Positions 53,201 through 64,000 of a stretch of 64,000 nucleotides of DNA are shown piece after piece. The position numbers were made by a program, and so were the translations under genes. This DNA comes from Macrostomum lignano (taxonomy: Eukaryota). The notes below the pieces were generated by a model. It worked only from the letters and a program-made list of their open reading frames with translations, was not told the DNA's origin and ran no database searches. Position 1 is the first letter of the stretch. Each line of letters starts with the position of its first letter. The DNA lies in contig NIVC01000432.1 of assembly GCA_002269645.1 (NCBI GenBank), positions 1 to 64,000 of the forward strand, read 5' to 3'.

Positions 53201-56200
53201 AAAAAAAAGTCCTCAAAATTCTATAATCTTAAATACCACAACAAATTATTTGAAAGTAGCATGCAGTTGCCTCCATAGCTCCCAACTGGCTAGAACTAGC
53301 ATTGAAAGCCCAAATTTGGCTTCATAGGGCAATGTGTAAGTGTCTGAAAGACTTTAACTATGGACTTTTAAATGAACTAAATCATTTAAATAATTATATC
53401 TATACTAATTTATATATTATAGTTCTTATAATTATTATACATGACAGGATCTCTGCTACCTGCTAGAAAAAGCCACCCTACTATAATTTTCTGATCATGA
53501 AAAGCAGCATTATACAACACAGCTACAAGCATAAGTCAAGTGATTGCCATTTTGGCTGCATAGGAGAAAAAACTCCAATTGAAGCTGCTACTACAATTTT
53601 TGAATAGCTACATCTAACAAATGGAAAAAATCAGGCCTTGTTTTTCATACCAACTATAGCATAGTAGCAGCAAAGTAGTTGTAGATGCCAATGTGGACAA
53701 GGCCATGGATTAATAACCAGCAGAGGCCAAAGACCAATGGCTACAAATGAAAGCAGAATAGAGATTGCTGCAATTTAAACACTAGCAAAATGCCCAAAGC
53801 TTATAAATAAATGCATCAAAATAAAGTTACTTTATAGTGATGGCTCTAAATACTGGGACTCTGGCTTTGTTCAACAAAAATTGCCAGCAACTAAAAGTTG
53901 CAAAATTTTATCTAGGATGTTGGAAGTAATATTTGATGATTAACCTGGCAAAAATTATAAATAAAAATTGTACCACAACTATTTCAGTAGAAACCTCAAT
54001 ATCCTTGACTCAGAAGACAGTGACAATGGTATGGATATCAATGATAATTAACTTCAATGATAATTCAGATATATAGTACTTTTCATTGTATAATACATTG
54101 TATACAGACAATAAATCTTCTCTTATATATACAATATATGCATATTAATACTGCTTATGATAATTTGTCTATATATGCACTCATTTAAAAGTGTCATTTT
54201 GCCACTTTTCATTTGTATTCTTCCATTTTATAGTTACTATTAAAACAGCGATATTTTGCATTAAGCTTTTTAGTATTTTGCATATAGCCTTTTTATAAAT
54301 ATTGTACTTTCTCTGCCATTATCTTGTATGTAATGTTTGATATAAAAATGTTTTATTTCTTTACCATTAATCTCCCCTAAAAACACCCATGCCTTATGCT
54401 CATTATATTGCACAAAACGATTATTTGTAAAACTTTATATACTCATATAACTAGCTGTCCTAAATATAATAGTCATTTATTATTCTTTGTTCATAATGGT
54501 TATTTTGATAATAAAGTTGTTTTACTATACATACTATTTTTACTAAACCCACTATAAATGAGTCTAAAGCATGAATTGGGAGGTAAGAGCAACTTGTATT
54601 GCCTTGTCCTAGTGACTAACACTTTGTCCAAAAATTGCTCCTGTCTTTGCTGAACAATTGTTCTAAAAAATAGCTTAGTTGTCACTGTCTATTATTTGAA
54701 GGCATTTAGCCTTCCTTCCCCAAGAGCAATTAGATATTTATAATCTATCCCTACCCCCCCCCCTCTTCTCAGGATATACAGCCCCTTCCCATTCTTCCAA
54801 GATGGTATAACTGCTTCCTTGGCAACCCCACATCATTTTTCTCTCCTATTAGAACAGACATACTGCTTCCCCTACTCTCCTTCTAGACATTCTGCCTAAC
54901 CTAGCATTCTATCAACTCCCCAATTCCAACTCACTGTTTGCTCAGGCCCTTGCTTATCCTTAAACACTCTCCTAATTATTAGGTTTCCTATCCTACCTTT
55001 TCACCCAATTAAACACCCTACCCTCAATGCTAGCATTCTCTATTAGTTATTGGAATTCCCCATTAGTGTCTCCCATTTCCCAGGCAACTATGATCTATGA
55101 CATAGCCCTTCCCTTCTTCCCATTTTCTTCATTAGACTGATTAGACAGTTTTTTGCTACTTGGACACTTAGGCTGTTAAGGGAATCTCTAATGCATACTC
55201 CCTAAAGTAGTATTATTTGAATATTTCTCCCAATTCCAAGAAATTCCCAAGTAAACCTTATCTTTGAGACCCAATTATTGCATAATAGAACTAGAAGCAT
55301 TAAGCCCAACAAATTCCTAAACCCAGAACCTCTACAACACTATTTGCCTATCACATTATTTTACTTGGGTATATGTGCAACATATGTTAAAACATTCTTT
55401 TTTGATAATTGGTATTGCCTAAAGGTTTGTAATTATATAATTAACAAGAAAAATATGTATATAATCTATTTATATATATAGAATTAAGAAAATTAAGAGT
55501 AAGAATTATATTAAGTATATAAAATGTACTAAAATTGTATTTAATATCATGATTTTGCATTAAAATGTTTCTTAGAAAAATTCAAAATATGGAACAATAG
55601 TTTTTACAACAGTCACAGCTAAGAAATTTCTTGCAAAAATAGTGTAACTTGTTTTCAATTTAACTTTTGTAAAATTGTCCAATTGGTCTATGTTTTATCT
55701 CATTTTAAAACTTTTGTATTGCACTTTAAATAAATTGACTCATTATTTGTATTTTATATTATATAACTTTTTTGTTTATAAGTAGCACTATTTCGGTCAT
55801 ATTTGCATTTTTTTAATTTGTGCTAAAAAATTTAAATCTCACTATCTAAAGTCTTTATAAAAGTAATATTAAAATATTTAAAGTATATATGCCATTCAAA
55901 AATAGAACTTTTAGTAAAATTTTAATAAAACAACTTTATTAAATTTAGTCATTAACATGTATTCTTCTATTTATTAAAAATTATATAAAATATCATATAG
56001 AATCAATATCCTATAGCCCTTAGGCAAAGGCCTGAAAAAAACCAAGCCAAAGGAGACTAAGCAAATTTTTGCCAGCCCATCTATCTAAGATAAAGCCAGC
56101 CCATCTATCTAACCCCCCTTTCCGATAGTCTGGATCATACTAGGTGAATGCCCAAACAAAAATTGAATAGCTCTTTATGTTTTATTAGAATGTAAGGTTT

Positions 56201-59200
56201 TAAGTTACTCCCAAAATTGTAAGAGAATTATAAATGCATGCCAAATATTTTAAGTACATGCCCACTTTCAAATCTCTGCTGGTGTTGCAACAATAAATGC
56301 CCTTTTTACATTGCAACAATAAATGACCTTTTTGAATTGGTAAGAAACCTATTTTGGCTAATTGTTTGATTTTTTGCAAGTACTATTTGTGTAGAAAATT
56401 GTACTTGTACTGGCTTTTTCTATTTAAATGCCTTGTTAAGAGTTTTAAAAACCTGGAAAGCTTAAAATTTATGCTTAAAAATTAACTTAATCTTTTATCT
56501 TTTTTTATCATTCATCTTTTTTACTTAACACTAAATTTTCTCTGCATGATTCCATAAAGTGCATGCCGGGTTTGCACACACTATTTTCTAAGGAGTGATG
56601 CATTCATGCAAACTGTGCACACCTAGCTTTTGATATGCAAAGCCAATGCATACCCAAATTTTTAGGCAGGTATATAGACTATATGATCTAGAGTGTAGTA
56701 CTCATAATAGTTATAATAAGCTATACGCAGTGTTGGGCATGATACTCAAAAAAGTATCAATGAAAACCAATACTCTAATACCCTTTCTGAAAAAAAGTAT
56801 CGCTGATACCTGAAAGTTCAATACCTAAATTTGAGTTTTGGCAATATCCTCATACATGCGCAACCTCCAAAATTCAGTCGGCTGTGCGACTTAGTTTTAA
56901 CAAAAATGCGACATAGTTTTTGGCCAAAAATGTGACTTACATGTAAAAAACCCAAAAGCAAAATTAACGCAGCTTTGGGTAAATGGCAGGAGTAACCTTG
57001 ACCGTCTTATAAAGCCAAAATGCCTCATCAGCTACTTAGTACTACTTGGGTTTTTTTGGGGTGGGCATTTTTGCGACTTCCTTGGTTGGCCGCCAAATCG
57101 GTAGGCTGGATTGGCTGACTCGGCCGACTGTTGCGCATGTATGGATATCCTAATTTCAATACTCTATTGCAATACCCAGTTTTTGCAAAAAGAATGCTTA
57201 ACAAATATAGATGCATATGATTTAAGTCTCTCAGACCTTTTCCTAGATTTTTAAGGCAAATAAAGCAAGCTTAGCATTGTTTTAAATCTCAAAGCCTTCA
57301 ATGAAACAAATAAAATAAAAGTAACAAATGAAAACCAATAGTTGCCACTATAGTCAATCATTAACTATTTACTAGCCTCCGTAGTCATTATTCTTTATAC
57401 CTATTAGCACTGTACAATTGTTTTAATATAGTGTGGTGGCCTGTCAGTCTACGATTGGTGTCTGCATGCTTAACAGCTCAGCCTTGTTTTTGGGTTGAGT
57501 GCACTTACATATGCATATGTACTCAGCTAGCCAGACCAAATGCTTTAAGCCAAGGTAGAGACTTTAAGGCTTTACCTCTGATTGGGCAACACCTTGCCCC
57601 TCCACTCTTTATACATGTAAACCTAATTGCCTCATTTCTCTTCCTTAGACTCAACTTGGCCTAATATATGCTTCCAAAATAGTGGATTTATTTATTTATT
57701 GCTGTATGCATGTACATGTTTGTATATGTAAGCATTGTTCACTAAATTGCTTGTCTTACTAATGTAGCACTAGTGTATTTGCTAATTGTAGAAATTATGG
57801 AATTGATTAGCAATCAATGACTAACAGTGCTGTAGAACTTGCAGCATGATAATTGACTAAATAATATCATTTTAATGATAATTACTAATTATCATTAAGC
57901 TAATTAATAAAGTATATATGGGCATAAGCTATTTTAAATTTTTTTAAAAACTTGATTTAAGATCAAAAGTATTAATTATTTCAGCTTTATTGACCTAAAA
58001 GTGAAGTATTTATCATTACTATGCTAGCCTGTATTCCTATAAGCTTTGCGTGCCTAATAAATATCTATAATAGTAGTGAAGTTATTATTGCAATTTATAC
58101 AAGTAAAATAGTTGGTTATTATCCATGTTGAATCCATGAAAATAATTTAGCCTTTTGTTTTACTACACGAAATATTGACAATAAAAATACTTTGTTATAA
58201 ATGTAGCCTCCTAGACCCTATATATACAAGCCAATTTGCCCCCAAATAAACCAACTTGCTTGCTGGCTACGCACTTCTAGCTTGTTCATTCGCTAAATCC
58301 ACAGACTTATTCTTATCAAGTTGGTTATTTGCAAAACTAAAGAGTTGAAGTGCCCAAAAACTTATTAAGAGAAGGGATTGGAGAAATATACAAAGGAAAT
58401 TCAGAGAGTGATTGCTGAGACCCTCTAGTCAAGGTAACACCCTAGAGACTAGTAATGGATTGAAATTCAATATTGATTTTGATATTCCGAACTTCGAAAC
58501 TAATTTTGCATTGAAATAATTTCGATTTTGAATTTCGACACCATTAATCAAAAATCATTTCGAAATTTTGGTTATATTTTAACAATTTAAACATTGATGA
58601 TCATGCTACACAAGTAAGAAAATCTATAGGAAGTGAAAGGAAGTGCAGTTCAAAGACTCAGTGGGGAGGTGAGAATCGTCTTTTCTATAAGAAAAGATTG
58701 TGCAAGACACACACTGTTCCAGGCCTTGTGCTGCACCCACCTCAATCTCTACAAGCCCACTGGCTGAACTCATTGACGTGGATTTTAATTGGCTAAAGAC
58801 TTAAAGCCTTAATGAAATAGATATAGGCTACTCGTATCTAGATCTTCAGTTTAAACAGTGGTGAAGTATAATACAACTTTTACTATATTTCTATGTACAA
58901 GTGTATAATACATAATACACCAGCATTTTCTATTTCGTATTTTTAAAGTAAGTTAAATCTTAAGTATTCTGGTGGTTTAAACATATCAAAGATACTTTTT
59001 ATAAAACATGTAAGCTCATACATGTAGAGGCAAGGTGTTAACCTTTTTGCATGATTAGCAAAAAAGTAAAAATTTGTTAAGCTCAAAAATTTTGATTTTG
59101 ATTTTGTTACAATTTCAATTTTGATTCTAAGGAACCAAAAATTTCAATTTTGATTTCAATTTGAAAAATAATTTTAATCCATCACTACTAAAGACTGAAG

Positions 59201-59209
59201 AGATACTAA

Positions 59210-59244
<35 letters not shown>

Positions 59245-60005
59245 AAATATAGCCATACCAGTACTAGACCACTCAGGCCAAATTATACATTAGACGCTAC
59301 AGAATTATACATTAAATGCTACCAGACTTATACATTAGACGCTACCCTGAAAAATATGAAATTCTAAGAAACAAGTAGAAATTTAAAAGAGAGAAATTAA
59401 ACCCCTGTTACAACTTTGGTGGTTTAGCTATTGAAATATAGAGTAAGAAGAAATAGCCCTGTTACAACTTGGTGGCAATTAGTAGGATAGTTGGAGGACA
59501 GAAGTAACCCCTGCGACAACTTTGCTAGCTTAACAGTGGGATTTTGTATTGATTAGGAACAACCCTATGACATTACTTTCTGTAAAATTATGCAACTATT
59601 TTATTCATTTTAACAAAATTTTGATTGTTTGCATGCTCAAAATTTTAAAAGTATTTGACTATATATTAGGAAAATTTGAAATTTGTATCAGAAGTTAGGC
59701 TTACTGAAGTGACGAAGTCTGATATGATAAAAAAGTATCAAATTCCAATACTCCAATACCCAAAAAGTATTGCCGATAGTATTGGAGTATTGGAATTGTG
59801 CCCAACAGTGGCTATATGGCTAGATAACAATATAAAATATTTTTTTATAGAACTTCCTAGTTAAATTATACAAAAAATTAACAGACAACATTATATAGAG
59901 AATAAATACCAATGAGAAGCAAAAAGCCAGAGCCCAGAGGGCAGACTTACCACTATCACCAATAATCAACAATTTAAAAAGAAAGTGGTAGTCTGGTGAG
60001 CTCAT
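47247..60005 (-). CDS. RAB35: Rab35-like small GTPase; exons 60005-59951, 48893-48750, 48671-48513, 48337-48213, 47384-47247 (206 aa)
   Basis: [19 protein letters not shown]...[13 protein letters not shown]...[26 protein letters not shown]...[12 protein letters not shown]...VGNKNDSP...[10 protein letters not shown]...KKKCC*. All four introns are GT-AG with matching phases (55+144+159+125+138 = 621 nt). [20 protein letters not shown] and GNKND.P fit Rab35 better than Rab1. Confidence 0.9.
47416..48168. repeat. (GACT)n = (CAGT)n microsatellite with GATT/GGCT variants in Rab35 intron 4
   Basis: Directly visible, about 750 bp. Confidence 0.97.
52225..52340. repeat. Dispersed ~115-bp repeat, second copy at about 56930-57045 (probable non-autonomous element)
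   Basis: TGACTTAC.TGT.AAA.AA.CC.AAAGCAAA.TTAACGCAG.TTTGGGTAAA.GGCAGGAGTAAC..TGAC.GTCTTAT.AAGCC.AAATGCCTC...TAGTACT present in both copies. Confidence 0.8.
59741..59797. repeat. Perfect 19-bp inverted repeat with a 19-bp spacer (MITE-like relic)
   Basis: AATTCCAATACTCCAATAC (59741-59759) is the exact reverse complement of GTATTGGAGTATTGGAATT (59779-59797); related AAAAAGTATC/CCAATAC words at 56735-56850. Confidence 0.85.
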
Positions 60006-60949
60006 CACTGAGATACGATACAATAGCAATTTTTTATTCTGTGTATGAAATAGCTAAACTATACAAGTTGCAGAATACTGAATACTGTGAATAATAGACT
60101 TTATAATTTATAGTGCCTAGCCTTGAGCTAAACTTAATTTAACACATTAGACTCAAAACGTTTTATAGTAAATATACTATTATACAGAAGTCTGAATGGA
60201 TTATGTAATGTTAATGTAAACCTTTTGCTGACAGGTGCGTCACAGCTAAAGCAATCAGAAACAAAAATGTATGTAAGCTATAATAAGTAGATAGATGAGG
60301 CTATGTTTATCGGTGGTGAATGTTAGCTAAGTTGCGTTACGTTGCCCTGCACATTAAACGGTATTAAACCGATCAGGGGGGGCCGTACATTGAGTCCGTC
60401 GTGTTATACGATGGCAAATTTAAATTTTTACAGATAGATCATGATTATAACATTACAGGTGAGCTAAATACTGAAGTTTTTATGCACCTAATGCTGTTTA
60501 TAGATAAAAAATCGAAACTTTCGCAAAATTCGAAGCGAATATATTTTATCGGAGCTTACAGCACAGTCCCTGATCATTACTCCTTTGTTTGTTGCAAGGT
60601 ACATACATGTTTTCATGTACATGCAAGGTTTAGCGACAAAAACGAAAGATTTTTTGGGTTATATTCATCATTTTCATTCTTAAATAAAGAATTGCGGCAG
60701 TGTATTCCCGTTTCTTACGACTTATTTTCTGCTGTCTTTAACAGTTTCGATTTGCAAGCATTTGTGATCAGATGTTTATCATTTCCCTGATATCTGTATG
60801 CACAGTGTACGAGCTAAATATATATATTTATAGCTTCCATAGTTCTTTATTCCTCCAAATTGGTAAAAATTGCGTAGCTTATTTATATTTGCATGTGTTA
60901 TGCACAGTAATTTGCATGTACGCGAGAACGATTCCATCCGGTCAATTTG

Positions 60950-61900
60950 TCAGACAAGCCTGAGTATGTCTATACTCAGATCTAGAGGAAAAGCTCAATA
61001 CAACAAAGGTACACCTCACGTGACAGAAGGGAGGGTGGCAGAACGTACGCCTTTGGCCGCGCTCCTCAAAAAGTCAGCCCCCCGTTGCAGGTCAGAAAAA
61101 CGGGGCTCGCGCATTGCACAGAAGCAGCTCGGGGCCGGTAGCGCTTTGGGGTAATCATGCTAAAACAGCTCTCCGCGATTAAACAGCTTCGCGGAACATG
61201 AGGGACATGAGGGAGATCCCCCGACGCTCTTCTTTCCGTGTAGTGCCTGGGCTTCGTCGGGATTGCGACAATGTGCGTTGTCATCCACTCAAAGGGAACA
61301 GCCCCTTCCAGCATTAAGGACGTCGTTTATACCACTCAATCCCCCTCAGTGGCGACTCTCTGTATTCACACAGCGCTTCGACGGGTACCTCGTCCGGGCC
61401 GGTGGCGCAGCCAGCACAATGCGAGCAAACCGTACTACGTTGGTGCTGCCACTACGTTTTGGTTTTGGTGGCCAAAATACATTGGCCAAAATCGTCTTGC
61501 GACGGAAGTACCGTCTCCCGGTCTCCAGTGGCCGTGGCAGATTTTATGGCAGTGTCGATACCGGCGAAGAAGTCACGCAGCTAATTTCTGGTGGGTTTTG
61601 CCGACCAGATTCAGCGCCGTCTTCTTTATTTTTCGTCCAGTGCGAGCATTAATAGCGGGTCGGACAAGCTAATTCCTGTGGTCCATTCCTGCGAAGTTGA
61701 CGCACCTGATATCATTGACGGCAACCTAGCTATTGGCGCTTCGTGTAGGTCTCTGCCAGGGATTTCTCGGCCTTGGAAGTCGGCTGTCTGATCCGTTGCA
61801 GCCAATGTCCGCCTCGCCTCCTTCCCTTCCTTAGCCCAGACTGGGAGATTGTGCGCTGCCGGCTGCATTAAAGGCAACGTCTTGCATTGGCAGCGGCTAT
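60950..61900 (-). mobile_element. Decayed non-LTR retrotransposon (LINE, RTE-like) ORF2 / reverse-transcriptase fragment
   Basis: Minus-strand peptides in order across frameshifts: ATGPDEVPVEAL, VPFEWMTTHIVAIP, RGISLMS, AKLFNR, matching the pre-RT GPDGIPAE / P.EW...I..IPK / YRGISL..KLFNR signature of LINE ORF2. Clade assignment tentative. Confidence 0.7.
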
Positions 61901-63171
61901 CGATCGGGTGGGTACGGGTGGGTCGCAGAGCTACATGTATACACGGCATACTACTCCTGAGGTGAAAGTGACTTGCGAGTAGTGTTCAGAGTACATGTAC
62001 ATAGCTTGTGTTTCCATGGACGCGCATCAATAAAGACGCGTGTCCTTTGGTGACCATAAAGGATTTAAGTTTAAAACCAAGAGTGTTTTCTGCACGGTTT
62101 ATACTCTCAATTTTCTACACTTGCATGTACACCATACCATCATCGGCTGCTATCGGGTTAGTTATACCTCAAATGCTTGATTGTCATGCCAGCAGTCAGC
62201 ATCGTATGTTGGATGCAAATCATTTTGTGCGAACAGCAAAGCTATAAGACTAAACGTGTTGATATAAGGTTTGTTGCGAGCAAAAACAACCAACTTTGGT
62301 TGGCAATTGCTTCATGGTTGACAGAACAAGGTTGCAAGGGTATGAGAGTGAAACATGAAACATCAGTGTAACTTGATGCAACGCTGGTGCCGTGAATTTT
62401 GATAGTTATAATTTTCTGCTAGCTTAGCCTGGCCTGACAGTCGTCAACGAACAGTGCAATTGCTTGCCTACGTTTCTGTATACTGAAGCAACTTTTTTGC
62501 TTCTGGGGCTAACCACCCGAAAATACATGACCCCCATGTAGAAGGGAATGTTGTCAGTGCACATGTTACTCTTGTCCGAAGCGAATTAAGATTTCAAAGA
62601 GGATTCCGAAGAGTCTCAAGTAAGCCTGGACAAAATGTATGAGATTTCAAGCACTTCACAGCTACATCGATGACTTTGGTAGCTCTTATACCTATTTGAA
62701 GTCAACGACCGAACTGGAAGTGTCTCGCTTCCTTATTTGACTAAGAAAAGAGCTGTGAGTGTTTAAAAAAACCAAAATCTATTGAACCCGAAATAGCTCG
62801 AGTGTCCTTGTAACACCTTTCTTAGTTGGTTCCTATAGCTACCTATTGAAGCTTTGCTATGCCACTTTGGTTTGATGAAATACAGAGAAATCGACGAGGG
62901 CTCTTCTGTGTTGGAATTTTTCAGCCCAGTCAAATTGCTTCGCGGGGATTTTCTCTCAAAATTTCACTTCCTCGTTGCTTCGAGTTGCTGACGTCAAAAA
63001 TTTCTTAAATCATTTTTTTCTCACAAATGAAGCTCAAACTCTATTTTAGGAAAATGAAAATGAAATCGTACTTTTGGATGCACAATAATGTTAAAATATG
63101 CACTCAGGACACCAAGGAGAGACTGACAGACAATCGGTTCCCAGAAAATGAGTATGTATGAATACGTGATT

Positions 63172-63345
63172 AGAAGTGTGTGACTGAAGACATTGAAGCG
63201 TGTGACTGAAGACATTAAAGTGTGTGACTGAAGGCATTGAAGCGTGTGACTGAAGACATTGAAGCGTGTGACTGAAGACATTGAAGTGTGTGACTGAAGA
63301 GACTGAAGTATGACAGAAGACATCGAAGTGCGGGACTGAAGACAG
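63172..63345. repeat. 22-bp minisatellite (GTGTGACTGAAGACATTGAAGC)
   Basis: About 8 units. Confidence 0.9.
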
Positions 63346-64000
63346 GAAAACATTGGATATGCAGAAGCACACTTCACTGGAAGACAGCAAAATAACCGAC
63401 TCTGATTTAAAAATTCCACGAGTTACAAAAAATGTATTTAAAGATTCAAAGCGGGCATCATATGTGAACTAGTGAATTTATAACCATGTAGTACTAATAG
63501 GGTTCCATAAAGAATTCTGCGGCCCTACAAAACTGCAGTAGATGTGACGAGCAATAAAAGAATGAGAAAAATCTCCTGCTATAGGAAAAATCCTTAGCCA
63601 CAGGATAAGCCTGCTAATCAGCATCAGCGTGATAGCACAGCATACCGTATCCCGTACAGCAATCTGACGTTGGTGACAGATATGTACTTTTACATTGCAC
63701 CGACGTTCAGCCGACGTATGACATACGACGTATGATTCAACGCTTCCACGCAGTTTTTCTTCGAGTTTTCTCCTATTCGTTATGCATCCTGCGGGTCTCA
63801 AGATCTCCCTGACTGTCCCGGCCAGAGATTTCACCGCCGCGATATGAGAAGATCTATGAGAGCGATCAAAGCATCCTTTCACCCGCCCCCTCCGCAGAGC
63901 AGACATGACCGGATGGATTTGGAATCCGAGTAATTGGTAGGACAATTGGTATGACTTCATCATCCCTCGATGTACATGTAGTATTTTTCCTCGCTGTATG

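Noticed and set aside
54700-55300. Purine-rich minus-strand relic possibly from a LINE 3' end
   Set aside because: Too mutated to recover a diagnostic motif by eye.
62580-63950. Candidate + strand exons near 62600 and 63750-63935
   Set aside because: No recognisable homology and ambiguous frame at the window edge.

Overview
Eukaryotic (metazoan) genomic DNA. GC-rich exons, some very short GT-AG introns, abundant GATA/GACA/CAGT microsatellites and many minisatellites suggest a free-living flatworm such as Macrostomum (inference, not verified). No prokaryotic features. 0-31 kb: a tRNA-derived CORE-type SINE, an intronless ELAV/Sxl-family RRM gene broken by three -1 indels, about 18 different tandem arrays, scattered + strand exons of an unidentified gene, an Id/emc-like HLH gene whose intron is mostly filled with plant-type (TTTAGGG)n repeats, and a two-exon SPATA6 gene. 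33-44 kb: five intronless ecdysteroid-kinase-like (EcKL/choline-kinase-like) paralogs in mixed orientation with a Tctex1-domain gene inside the cluster; the paralogs are mosaics of about 98%-identical nucleotide blocks and strongly diverged blocks. 47-60 kb: a five-exon Rab35-like gene whose 11-kb first intron is almost devoid of CpG and locally TpA-rich. 61-62 kb: a decayed LINE reverse-transcriptase fragment. Best leads: the mosaic, inverted EcKL array and the CpG desert / RIP-like signature in the Rab35 intron. Frameshifts in several genes lie at or next to homopolymer runs and may be long-read errors. All counts are hand tallies.
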